A DNA stretch of 38,740 bases from a virus. Taxonomy: Duplodnaviria > Caudoviricetes. A program made the position numbers and the translations under genes. This document shows positions 8,318-16,814 of this stretch, piece by piece (position 1 is the first letter of the stretch; every line of letters starts with the position of its first letter). Location of the stretch: positions 1 to 38,740 of IMG/VR virus record IMGVR_UViG_3300020045_002935. One strand, written 5' to 3'. A model generated the notes under the pieces. The model had not been told where the DNA came from and searched no databases. It worked only from the letters and a program-made list of their open reading frames with translations.

Positions 8318-8393
8318 TCCCCATTAGCTCAGTTGGTTAGAGCATTCAGGCGTAATAGTCCAGAGGTCGATAGTTCGAGTCTATCATGGGGAG
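8318..8393 (+). tRNA. tRNA-like element (Asn-like body, aberrant anticodon arm, no encoded CCA)
   Basis: Acceptor TCCCCAT/ATGGGGA+G; D arm GCTC-AGTTGGTTA-GAGC; T arm GATAG-TTCGAGT-CTATC. The anticodon region is 2 nt too long and mismatched. Confidence 0.75.
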
Positions 8394-8412
8394 CAAAAAC
8401 AAATCAATCACC

Positions 8413-8589
8413 ATGAAGCAACAATTACTTGAATTTCTAAAATCAGACAACCACAACTACCATCCGATAATATCGCTATTTGAGCGTTTCGGTGAATGTG
8501 AAAGTGTTTTATCTGAGTTAGTTAATGAAGGGTTTATTACTGAAAGAATGGGCGTAAATCAAAGACTTTTTAAATTTAAAGAAGTATGA
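8413..8589 (+). CDS. Small winged-helix-like protein
   Basis: LSELVNEGFITERMGVN. Start moved to ATG 8413 because 8386 lies inside the tRNA-like element. Confidence 0.55.
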   Translation: MKQQLLEFLKSDNHNYHPIISLFERFGECESVLSELVNEGFITERMGVNQRLFKFKEV

Positions 8590-8867
8590 AAACAATCGAC
8601 GAAATTGCAAAAGAATACAGCGTAGATTTAACTGAGCAATCTATACTAATAGAAGGTATTAATATTGCGCAACGTTGGATTCCAGTTGAAGAAGAGTTGC
8701 CGGAGCAAGGCGAAGTTGTATTGTTTAAAATGACAATAGATAAATTTGATAATTCAAGCTATGTGTCTACTGGGCATATTGATAATAAAATTCCTATTAT
8801 TGATTTTGATGGTGTAGATATTGAAAGAATAGATGTTACTCATTGGCGTCCTGTCGATTTTAAATAA
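8586..8867 (+). CDS. DUF551 family protein
   Basis: WIPVEEELPE...VL...VTHWRP. Confidence 0.8.
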   Translation: MKTIDEIAKEYSVDLTEQSILIEGINIAQRWIPVEEELPEQGEVVLFKMTIDKFDNSSYVSTGHIDNKIPIIDFDGVDIERIDVTHWRPVDFK

Positions 8868-8873
8868 ACAACC

Positions 8874-9218
8874 ATGAAAAACACATTAATAAAAGATACG
8901 ACCCTTTCAATAAGGTGTATTAAATGTTTACATGCAGCTGATATAAACACAACTGTAGAATTAACGGCACACATTGAGAAATTCGGAATTTCCGATTTTG
9001 TTAAGTTTCGGCATTTTGGGTATAAATCATTTAATGAATTGAAAAAGTTTGTTGAAGAAAATAAGTTGATGAAAAACGAAATATCCGAAGAAGATAAAAA
9101 TTTAGCAATTGAGTTTGCGGAGTGGCATTTAAGATTGTTTGAATATTCTCATGAAAAGTGGGTTGAGCTTACAACTACTGAACTATTCACAAAATTCATT
9201 GAAAACCGTAATAAATAA
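8874..9218 (+). CDS. RNA polymerase alpha C-terminal domain-like protein
   Basis: LSIRCIKCLHAADI...KFRHFGYKSFNEL resembles the Bacteroidota RpoA CTD pattern (LSVRALNCLKAAD...KFRNFGKKSLTEL, recalled). Confidence 0.75.
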   Translation: MKNTLIKDTTLSIRCIKCLHAADINTTVELTAHIEKFGISDFVKFRHFGYKSFNELKKFVEENKLMKNEISEEDKNLAIEFAEWHLRLFEYSHEKWVELTTTELFTKFIENRNK

Positions 9219-9223
9219 ACAAT

Positions 9224-9967
9224 ATGAAACAGACATTTAAAATTCCAACAGGATGTAAAGAAATTTCCATTGAACAAGTGGGTGATAAAATTGTTACTAC
9301 TTTTGAAAAAAAGGAAAAGTTTAAGAAAGGTGATATATTATTTTGTGATTCGATATCAGGTTTAAATGGTATAATTATTCTTGAAAATGGCAGCTATACA
9401 ACTAAAATACCATATCTTTGCCATTTAGCTAAAAGTGGGAATTTTTATTTTACTAATTCAGTAACCAATGAGAATTTTCCTAAGCTACGTTTTGCGACTG
9501 ACTCAGAAAAACAACTTTTATTCGATGCTTTAGCTCATAAAGGCAAACAATGGAATGCCGAAAAGCTTTGCATTGAAGACTTGAAAGTAGTTCCGAAGGT
9601 TGGTGATTGCTGCCGTATTGACTTTATTGGTGAAGGAAAAGGTATTCATGATTATCTAGTTTATGGAGTTGATAATAGGTCTAAAGGTAATATTTTTTCA
9701 ACAAGATTTGGCGTTAATTCATACATGAGTTATGACGATGATGTAGAATTTATAATTATCACTAAAGACCAATTTCAATCAGAACTTAACGCACTCGGTT
9801 TTGAATACAATTTTGAAAATGATACTATTAGTGATTTGAAGTGGAAACCAAAAGAAGGAGAGCTGTATTATTACATAATGGATTGTGTTGTATTAGGCTG
9901 TAGACATTTTACAGACGGCATAGATATGGTGAGAATAGATTCAGGTAATTGTTTCAAAACATCCTAG
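9224..9967 (+). CDS. Hypothetical phage protein (possibly truncated by TAG)
   Basis: RFATDSEKQLLFDAL..KGKQWNAEK and WKPKEGE.YYY...GNCFKT modules; the frame stays open to 10012. Confidence 0.7.
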   Translation: MKQTFKIPTGCKEISIEQVGDKIVTTFEKKEKFKKGDILFCDSISGLNGIIILENGSYTTKIPYLCHLAKSGNFYFTNSVTNENFPKLRFATDSEKQLLFDALAHKGKQWNAEKLCIEDLKVVPKVGDCCRIDFIGEGKGIHDYLVYGVDNRSKGNIFSTRFGVNSYMSYDDDVEFIIITKDQFQSELNALGFEYNFENDTISDLKWKPKEGELYYYIMDCVVLGCRHFTDGIDMVRIDSGNCFKTS

Positions 9968-10020
9968 CTTTGCCGACAGGCTATTGATAAGATAAAAGAA
10001 ATACTAAAATAACAATAAAA

Positions 10021-10221
10021 ATGAAAGCAAAAGAATTAATTGATATATTAAAACAAAATCCTGAGTTGGAGGTTGTTATTTGTGAATGCAAAAAATATGA
10101 GGATAATATTCCATTATTACCTGTCCATTCGGTAGAAGTGTTTAATGATGAAGATTCAGATGATAATAAAATTATTTTAAGTTTTGATACTTATGGCACA
10201 AACTTATATAACCATAAATAA
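10021..10221 (+). CDS. Hypothetical protein
   Basis: MKAKELIDILKQNPELEVV, a common phage small-protein N-terminus. Confidence 0.65.
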   Translation: MKAKELIDILKQNPELEVVICECKKYEDNIPLLPVHSVEVFNDEDSDDNKIILSFDTYGTNLYNHK

Positions 10222-10345
10222 AAACAAAATACTGTTTTCAATTCCAGATACTAATATTCAAATATGCGAATTTTATAAGGAAAATGGTAATTGGAAATAT
10301 TATACATCAATTGTATTTAACGATAGCATACTATATTTAAACTAA
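10193..10345 (+). CDS. Small hypothetical protein (50 aa, MAQTYITINK...YLN)
   Basis: Translated by hand; its TAA overlaps the TerS ATG (TAATG). Confidence 0.5.
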   Translation: MAQTYITINKNKILFSIPDTNIQICEFYKENGNWKYYTSIVFNDSILYLN

Positions 10346-10794
10346 TGGCATATAGCGAAAAAGAAAAGACAGAGATATTCGATGACATTTGCATAGGGAT
10401 TGTAAATGGCTTATCTCTACGTGCTATATTGAACCAACTTGGCACTATACCAGCTAAAACTTTCTTTGAGTGGCTTAGAGAAGATGAGTCTAAAAGTAAA
10501 CAATACGCACGTGCGACCCTTGAACGCTCAGAGTTAATGTTTGAGGATATGATCGACATTGCGGATGATTCAAATAATGATTTTGAAGAGGTGGAAATAA
10601 CAGAAGGCGTGACAGCTAGAAAGTTTAATCCAGAACATGTCCAACGTTCAAGGCTTCGTGTTGATACTCGTAAATGGGCTTTATCAAAAATGAACCCTAA
10701 AAAGTACGGTGATAAGTTAGATGTAACAACAGATGGTAAAGAAGTAAATTCACAACCAACAATTATTTTCAAGAAATTCAAAAACGATGAGTGA
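10345..10794 (+). CDS. terS: Terminase small subunit
   Basis: HTH G.SLRAI...TFFEWL, QYARA, RSRLRVDTRKWALSKMNPKKYGDK. Confidence 0.9.
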   Translation: MAYSEKEKTEIFDDICIGIVNGLSLRAILNQLGTIPAKTFFEWLREDESKSKQYARATLERSELMFEDMIDIADDSNNDFEEVEITEGVTARKFNPEHVQRSRLRVDTRKWALSKMNPKKYGDKLDVTTDGKEVNSQPTIIFKKFKNDE

Positions 10795-12073
10795 TTTAGA
10801 AATTTCATATAAATTTCAACCATTATTCGAATTATTGGATAAAGAAATAAATCCAGAAATAGACACTGTAATAATGACAGGTGGAAGGTACTCTTTGAAG
10901 TCTTCCACCTGTGCTGTGTTTACTCTTGTAGCACTTGTAGAGTATATGTGGGATGTACTTTATTGCCGTTATACTAATCTTTCTATAGTTGATTCAGTAA
11001 AGCCAGAGGTAAGCGGTAAAATAGAGTTATTAGGGTATGAAAATAAAGTTAATGACATCTCAACACATATCGAAACAAAGAACCACCGCATATCATTTAA
11101 GGGAATAAAAACAGGATCAAGCCAGCAGACCGCAAATCTTAAGTCATTAACAGGATTTAATTGTTTTGTAGTTGATGAAGCTGAGGAAATACCAGACTTC
11201 GAAACGTTTAAAAAAGTATTTTATTCTATTCGTTCAGAGTCAAAAAGAAACTTAACTATTCTTATTTTAAACCCAACAGTTAAAGAGCATTGGATATTTG
11301 AGGAGTTTTTTAATAAAAAAGGATTAGAAGGTGGTGAAAATTGCATTAAAGATAATGTGATGTATATTCATACATCTTACTTGGATGCTGATTTTAGCCG
11401 AATACCTAAAAATATATTGGCAGATTATGAAAGATTGAAAGAGGAAAACGAAGAGAAGTATAACAACGTAGTGCTAGGTGGGTGGATTCAAGAGCCAGAA
11501 GGCGTCTTATTACCAAAATCAAAACTTAAATTCAAAGACCTATCAAATATACCAGAAGAAAGTATTGTTTATAAATTTGCAATTGGTGACCCTGCTGATG
11601 TTGGAGGTGATAAATTCTCAGTTCCTTTCATTCATGTAGCAGTGCATGAAAATTCAATCGTGTGTTATGTGAAGGATGTTATCCACTCGACTTATGGAAT
11701 AGAATCCAACACCGAAAGAGTAATCGAAAAGATGCATAATCAAAGGATAGAGCAGCTATTCTACGAGTCTAACGGTGTAGGACTGGCAGCAATACTATTA
11801 ATCAAGAATAAACTAAGCGAGCATCAAAAGCTAAGCGCATACGCAGCCACTATCAATAAAGAGGTGCGTATCTTCTCACACTACGAATTTGTTCAAAAGT
11901 ATTTTGTTTTCGATATTAACTACGAACAAAATATCGAGTACAAAGCTTTCATAAATGATTTAACTTCATACTCGAAAGAGGGGGACAATAAGCATAAGAA
12001 GGATGCTATAGATGTTTTATGTTCGGCAGCAGCTATCTTAAAGATAAAATATAAGCGGGTATTATATGCATAA
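10787..12073 (+). CDS. terL: Terminase large subunit (PBSX-like)
   Basis: Walker A GGRYSLKS, Walker B VVDEAEE, ILNPT, nuclease GDPAD...KKDAID. Confidence 0.92.
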   Translation: MSDLEISYKFQPLFELLDKEINPEIDTVIMTGGRYSLKSSTCAVFTLVALVEYMWDVLYCRYTNLSIVDSVKPEVSGKIELLGYENKVNDISTHIETKNHRISFKGIKTGSSQQTANLKSLTGFNCFVVDEAEEIPDFETFKKVFYSIRSESKRNLTILILNPTVKEHWIFEEFFNKKGLEGGENCIKDNVMYIHTSYLDADFSRIPKNILADYERLKEENEEKYNNVVLGGWIQEPEGVLLPKSKLKFKDLSNIPEESIVYKFAIGDPADVGGDKFSVPFIHVAVHENSIVCYVKDVIHSTYGIESNTERVIEKMHNQRIEQLFYESNGVGLAAILLIKNKLSEHQKLSAYAATINKEVRIFSHYEFVQKYFVFDINYEQNIEYKAFINDLTSYSKEGDNKHKKDAIDVLCSAAAILKIKYKRVLYA

Positions 12074-12076
12074 ACC

Positions 12077-12136
12077 CCAAATAAGTAGTTAAATATTCAA
12101 TTTATTACACAAAATAAATACAATCTATTATATTTG
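12077..12136 (+). promoter_or_regulatory. Putative late promoter 1 (25-bp box, N27, TATATTTG)
   Basis: Identical box and spacing recur at 25456-25515. Confidence 0.7.
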
Positions 12137-12153
12137 CATTTTAAAATTAAACT

Positions 12154-13437
12154 ATGGGGTTAAAGGATATAAAAAAGGCTTATCAAATAGCAAAATCAAT
12201 TCTAAGTGGAGAGCTAACACTTTCTAATTTAGATAAAATGACAGAGCAACAATTTGATGCTTTTGCAAATGAATATAACTTAACTTCTCAGTCTATTTTA
12301 AAAGGCAGTGGTGTAATGTTTCAAACTAATGCATACGACTATTGTCCACCACTTCAAGCCGTGGTTAACAAGAAAGCTCAAGCAATTACAAAAGGCAAAT
12401 TGATTTGCGTTGATAATGACGAAAAAATAATAAAATCAAAAGGTTTTGATGAAGCTTTAAAGGTAATAAATAAACCTAACGCATACCAAACAAAGAATCA
12501 ATTTATAAGAGCCACTGAAACATTTATAAGCGTTTACGGTGCTGCATATTGGTATAAGGTGAAGCCCATTGGACTAGATAAAATAACAGGCTTAATTTTA
12601 ATCCCAAACAATTGCATTACTGTAAATTACAATAAACCTTCAAATATATTAAGCAACCAAGCAAAGTTGGTAAGATACTATTCGATTTGCATTTACGGAA
12701 TGACTTTTACATTAAGTGGTGATGATACTGATTTAATCCACGAAGTGCAAGATTCAACCGAAAATCTAACACAAGGGAAAGAATTTTATCCTAAAAGTAG
12801 GGTAGATGCACTAAGAAAACCAATTGAAAATATAATAGGATCGCTTGAAAGTCGCAATCATTTAATTGTTAAGCGTGGTGCTGATGTAATGCTTTCGCCT
12901 AATCCGGGAATTAATACGGCTGGATTAGCTATAGAGATAGACCAGCAAGATAAAGAGGAATTACAACGAGAATATGAGCGTTATGGTCTTCAATCGAAGC
13001 AATGGCATACGCTTATATCTAAAATGCCAATGACTGCATCCAAAATAGGAATGAATGTTCGTGATTTAGGTTTATTTGATGGTGAGAATGCAGACCATAG
13101 AGCTATTGCACAAGGGTACGGAGTTCCAACGCCATTGCTAGGATTGCCAGATACAACAAAATTCAACACTTATTTAGAAGCAAAAACAGAATTTTACGAA
13201 GATACAATCATTCCAGATTCAGAGATAATAAGTCAGGCGTTTGATGTTGTATTTGATTCTTTGAATAATGGATATAAATTTTATTTTGATTATTCGCATT
13301 TAGAGTGTATGCAAAAATCAACAAGAGATTCAGCAGTGGCATTTACTCAAATGGTTAACGGTATGATTTTAGCAGTCCAAAACGGATACGTTACGCAAGA
13401 AGTAGCAAATATAACTATTAACGATTTTATACGATGA
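12154..13437 (+). CDS. Portal protein
   Basis: 427 aa after TerL; PN.YQT..QF...YG.AY, IAQGYGVP..LLG, FYEDTIIP. Confidence 0.88.
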   Translation: MGLKDIKKAYQIAKSILSGELTLSNLDKMTEQQFDAFANEYNLTSQSILKGSGVMFQTNAYDYCPPLQAVVNKKAQAITKGKLICVDNDEKIIKSKGFDEALKVINKPNAYQTKNQFIRATETFISVYGAAYWYKVKPIGLDKITGLILIPNNCITVNYNKPSNILSNQAKLVRYYSICIYGMTFTLSGDDTDLIHEVQDSTENLTQGKEFYPKSRVDALRKPIENIIGSLESRNHLIVKRGADVMLSPNPGINTAGLAIEIDQQDKEELQREYERYGLQSKQWHTLISKMPMTASKIGMNVRDLGLFDGENADHRAIAQGYGVPTPLLGLPDTTKFNTYLEAKTEFYEDTIIPDSEIISQAFDVVFDSLNNGYKFYFDYSHLECMQKSTRDSAVAFTQMVNGMILAVQNGYVTQEVANITINDFIR

Positions 13438-13514
13438 AAAATAACGATGATATTCAAAAGATTATTGAAGATAGAAAATTAATTATCAATAAAAATCAAA
13501 CTGTAAATAAATGA
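13434..13514 (+). CDS. 26-aa micro-ORF bridging portal and protease
   Basis: MKNNDDIQKIIEDRKLIINKNQTVNK; ATGA overlaps at both ends. Confidence 0.55.
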   Translation: MKNNDDIQKIIEDRKLIINKNQTVNK

Positions 13515-14332
13515 AAGAGTTTTCAACAAAAGAAGAGCTTTTTAAACATTTGAAAGACAACAAAAGTCTTTTGATTGCAGAGAAGAAAGCAGCTGTAAAA
13601 CATGCAGATGCTCTTTCATACGGTAGTATTTCCACATCTGGGGTAACTAAATCTGGAGCAAATAAAGCTATTGCAGAAATAGAAGCTCCAGAACTTGACA
13701 AAATAAGAGTAAAAGTTGTTATAAACACAACCAACTTACTAGATTCGCACGGAGATGTACATATACCTAAACTTTGGGATAAGTCTTTAAAAGAACAAAA
13801 GTTAATTTATCATATACAAGAACATTGTTTGAAATTTGAAAATGTAATAACTGACGAAGTTACTGCAAGCGTTAAAGAGATGATGTGGTCGGAACTTGGA
13901 GAATCATACAAAGGTAAAACACAAGCATTGATATTTGATTCTGTTATTAGTTCGGATAGGAATGAATTTATGTTCGAGCAATACTTGAATGGTTGGGTTA
14001 AGCAGCATTCGGTTGGAATGAGATATGTTTCGTTGTTCCTTTGCATTGATTCAATGGATGCTTATTATGCAGCAGAAAAAGAGTCATGGGATAAATACTA
14101 TCCAATGGTTGCAAACCAAGATACTGTTAATGAAATGGGCTACTTTTGGGCGGTAACAGAAGCAAAAATAATAGAGGGTTCAGCGGTTGTGTTAGGTTCT
14201 AACTCGGCTACTCCTACAATATCAGTAACAGATATGCAGCCGTCAGAAGACACTGCAACAAACAACAAGACAGCCGATGCAATCACTGTCGAAGATTTTA
14301 GAAACGAACTAAAAACATTACTTAAAAACTAA
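13511..14332 (+). CDS. Prohead maturation protease
   Basis: DSHGDVH...HSVG.RYV...EGSAVVLGSN..TP; lies between portal and capsid. Confidence 0.8.
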   Translation: MKEFSTKEELFKHLKDNKSLLIAEKKAAVKHADALSYGSISTSGVTKSGANKAIAEIEAPELDKIRVKVVINTTNLLDSHGDVHIPKLWDKSLKEQKLIYHIQEHCLKFENVITDEVTASVKEMMWSELGESYKGKTQALIFDSVISSDRNEFMFEQYLNGWVKQHSVGMRYVSLFLCIDSMDAYYAAEKESWDKYYPMVANQDTVNEMGYFWAVTEAKIIEGSAVVLGSNSATPTISVTDMQPSEDTATNNKTADAITVEDFRNELKTLLKN

Positions 14333-14337
14333 AAAAA

Positions 14338-15579
14338 ATGACAGTAGAAGAAATGAAGGCTGCACTAGCCGAAGAAACAAAAGAATTCAAACTATCTTTG
14401 AAAGACTTTTCGTCTAAAGAAGATATGAAGAAAGCGTTATCGGATTTTCAAGCCGATATTGAAAAGAAATTTGAAGGTCAAGTCGACCAAAAAGAGTTTG
14501 AAAAGCTTGAAAAAGCAATCATCAAACAGGGTGAAGTATTAGCAGCAATGAAACTTAACGGTGGAAATGCTCCAGAAAAAACGCTTAAAGAAATCCTTAT
14601 TGAAAATAAAGAGGAAATCGATAAGATGGTTGAAAATGGTGGTTCTGGTCGTATTGAAATCAAGACAACGACTAAAGCTATTTCTGGGGCAAGCGTAACA
14701 AGTGACACGCAAGCTTATAGAGCACCTGGACTACCTGGTGAAATTCACAGAGGTATTCCTTATTTGCGTAATTTATTCCAAGTGGTTACTTTAGGCGGAA
14801 ATTCGCACGGTTCTGTAAAATGGTACGAACAGCTTGCAGTTACTAACAATGCAACTGAGACAGCGGGTGATCCACGCACTCCTGGTACTGCATCAAACCT
14901 AACTTGGGTTGAAAAAAGCATCAGTGGGAAACGTTTATTTGACTGGCTAAAAATTGGAATGGATTCTTTGAAAGACGTTGACTTTGTCCTTGGAGAAATC
15001 CAACGACTTGTTGAGCGTAATATGAGATTGAAAGAAAATGAAGCTCTTTTGAGTGGAGATGGCACAGGAAATAACATCAAGGGAATTTTGGCTTACGCTA
15101 AAGAATTTGTTACAACTGGAATTTCAATCAAAGAAGCAAACCTTGTTGATTTGGCTGGTAAAATTGTAACTCAAATCGATACCGATTTGCTTGGTGCTGC
15201 AATGCCTAACTATGTTATCGCAAACAGAAATGATACAGATGAAGTCCGTTATCAAAAAACTGGTCAAGGTGCTTATCTTTTCCCTCAATGGGTAATGGGT
15301 AGTGGCGTAAACAATATTGGGTCTATGACCGTAGTTGAAAATCCACTTGTAACAGCAAATACATTGCTTGCTGGCGATTTCTCACTTGCAACATTATATG
15401 TTTGGGATGACTTAGTAATTGAAATTGCACAAATTGAAGACGATAAAAAAACAGGTATGACAACCATTATGGCTTATACTCGTGAAAACTTACGTGTTCA
15501 AGACGTTGACAAAAACGCTTTCGTAAAAGTTAGCGATGTTGCTGCATCTATTCGAGCAATTACTTATACAGCTGGTTGA
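14338..15579 (+). CDS. Major capsid protein (HK97 fold, N-terminal coiled-coil/delta domain)
   Basis: LLSGDGTGNNIKGI, AGDFS, AFVK; 413 aa. Confidence 0.92.
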   Translation: MTVEEMKAALAEETKEFKLSLKDFSSKEDMKKALSDFQADIEKKFEGQVDQKEFEKLEKAIIKQGEVLAAMKLNGGNAPEKTLKEILIENKEEIDKMVENGGSGRIEIKTTTKAISGASVTSDTQAYRAPGLPGEIHRGIPYLRNLFQVVTLGGNSHGSVKWYEQLAVTNNATETAGDPRTPGTASNLTWVEKSISGKRLFDWLKIGMDSLKDVDFVLGEIQRLVERNMRLKENEALLSGDGTGNNIKGILAYAKEFVTTGISIKEANLVDLAGKIVTQIDTDLLGAAMPNYVIANRNDTDEVRYQKTGQGAYLFPQWVMGSGVNNIGSMTVVENPLVTANTLLAGDFSLATLYVWDDLVIEIAQIEDDKKTGMTTIMAYTRENLRVQDVDKNAFVKVSDVAASIRAITYTAG

Positions 15580-15581
15580 TC

Positions 15582-15740
15582 ATGGAAGTGGTAATTATAA
15601 AACCCTTTGACCTTCGGGTCAAAGGTACTACCGTAGACTTGCCAGAGTGTGTGGCAAATGATTTAATTGAAATGGGACATGTAGAAATACCTTCTGAACA
15701 AAAAATACAAAAAGAAAAAAAACAACCAAAAGAAAAATAA
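15582..15740 (+). CDS. Small post-capsid protein (52 aa)
   Basis: MEVVIIKPFDLRVKGTTVDLPECVANDLIEMGHVE..., translated by hand; typical position and pattern. Confidence 0.65.
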   Translation: MEVVIIKPFDLRVKGTTVDLPECVANDLIEMGHVEIPSEQKIQKEKKQPKEK

Positions 15741-15742
15741 AA

Positions 15743-16189
15743 ATGAAAAGGATAATTTTATTTATTTGTATTGCAATTAGTTTTCTAAGTGCAAACGCTC
15801 AAAAAGTAACACTCCCTACAATGGGTGATGGAGTTACATACTTTTACTCACCAACTGACTATTCATTTACCAATTCAGTTGGTAGATACTTTACATTGAC
15901 AACGGCAGTAGCACATCCAGCAACTCAAGATTTTGTTATAAAACTTGAAAAAGTAAGTGGTACGCACACTAATGTTGCTGTAACTCTTTACGGATTTAAA
16001 TCTTTAATTAAAAATGATAGTACTATTATTGGTTCTGTAGTTAATTGGAAAGGAACAAGCGCAGATACTGTTATAGCAATATCAAACGCGACTGCTAATC
16101 GGTACAAAGGATATAAATGGAAAGTTGTAGGAGCTGGAACGGCTGTAAGTAATATTGCAGACCAAGAGCTTAAACTCAGAAATGAGTAA
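15743..16189 (+). CDS. Beta-rich protein with a Sec-type signal peptide in the head module
   Basis: MKR-IILFICIAISFLS-ANA/Q. Confidence 0.75.
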   Translation: MKRIILFICIAISFLSANAQKVTLPTMGDGVTYFYSPTDYSFTNSVGRYFTLTTAVAHPATQDFVIKLEKVSGTHTNVAVTLYGFKSLIKNDSTIIGSVVNWKGTSADTVIAISNATANRYKGYKWKVVGAGTAVSNIADQELKLRNE

Positions 16190-16209
16190 TATACAAATAC
16201 TTTAATTTA

Positions 16210-16240
16210 AAGGGTTGGTCAAATCGGCTAGCCCTTTTTT
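16210..16240 (+). terminator. Rho-independent terminator
   Basis: AGGGTTGGTC-AAATC-GGCTAGCCCT-TTTTT. Confidence 0.75.
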
Positions 16241-16253
16241 AATAACTACAACA

Positions 16254-16814
16254 ATGACTAATAAGATTGATAAAACATATTTCTGGGGCGAGAATAAAAT
16301 AACTGGGTTAACAGGAACTACCGATACAGCTCTTGCACAAGTTGCAGAGTTAAACGATTTTATTTCAAAATATCAGCCTATTTATTTTAAGAAAATGTTT
16401 GGCATGGTAGAAATACCAGCTGAATTATTGGCTTTAGTCATTGATACTACACTTAAACTTTCCCCTTTAGCTAACTTTGTGTTTTATTATTGGCAAAAAG
16501 CTAACATAAACACACCTACAAATACAGGTATGAAAACACTTGTGCAACAAAATACGGTTGACCAATCCCCAATTCCAAACATGGTTACTCAATGGAATGA
16601 AATGGTAAATAAAAACATTGATGTACATAATTACCTATTAGAACAAGAAACGCTTGAAATCGCACCTATTGAAGCCGTATCGGAAGTATTAGACCCGCCA
16701 ACTCCATCAATTGAAGCAGTAGAGGGATACACACTTAAATTTAAAACGGATATTTTACCAAATGTAAATTATTGCGACTCTATTTTCAGAAAACAAAATC
16801 AAATAGGGATATGA
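16254..16814 (+). CDS. Putative head-tail adaptor
   Basis: IDKTYF...SPLANFVFYYW...WNEMV and position. Start moved to ATG 16254. Confidence 0.55.
   Translation: MTNKIDKTYFWGENKITGLTGTTDTALAQVAELNDFISKYQPIYFKKMFGMVEIPAELLALVIDTTLKLSPLANFVFYYWQKANINTPTNTGMKTLVQQNTVDQSPIPNMVTQWNEMVNKNIDVHNYLLEQETLEIAPIEAVSEVLDPPTPSIEAVEGYTLKFKTDILPNVNYCDSIFRKQNQIGI

Noticed and set aside
8318-8393. tRNA-like element as attP or as a suppressor tRNA
   Set aside because: No integrase was seen, the element is full length rather than a 3' fragment, and the loop has no CTA/TCA anticodon.
16215-16253. Upstream start extensions (16215, and likewise 2207, 8386, 16772, 31679)
   Set aside because: They overlap a terminator, the tRNA-like element or upstream genes. 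Downstream ATGs fit the operon packing better.
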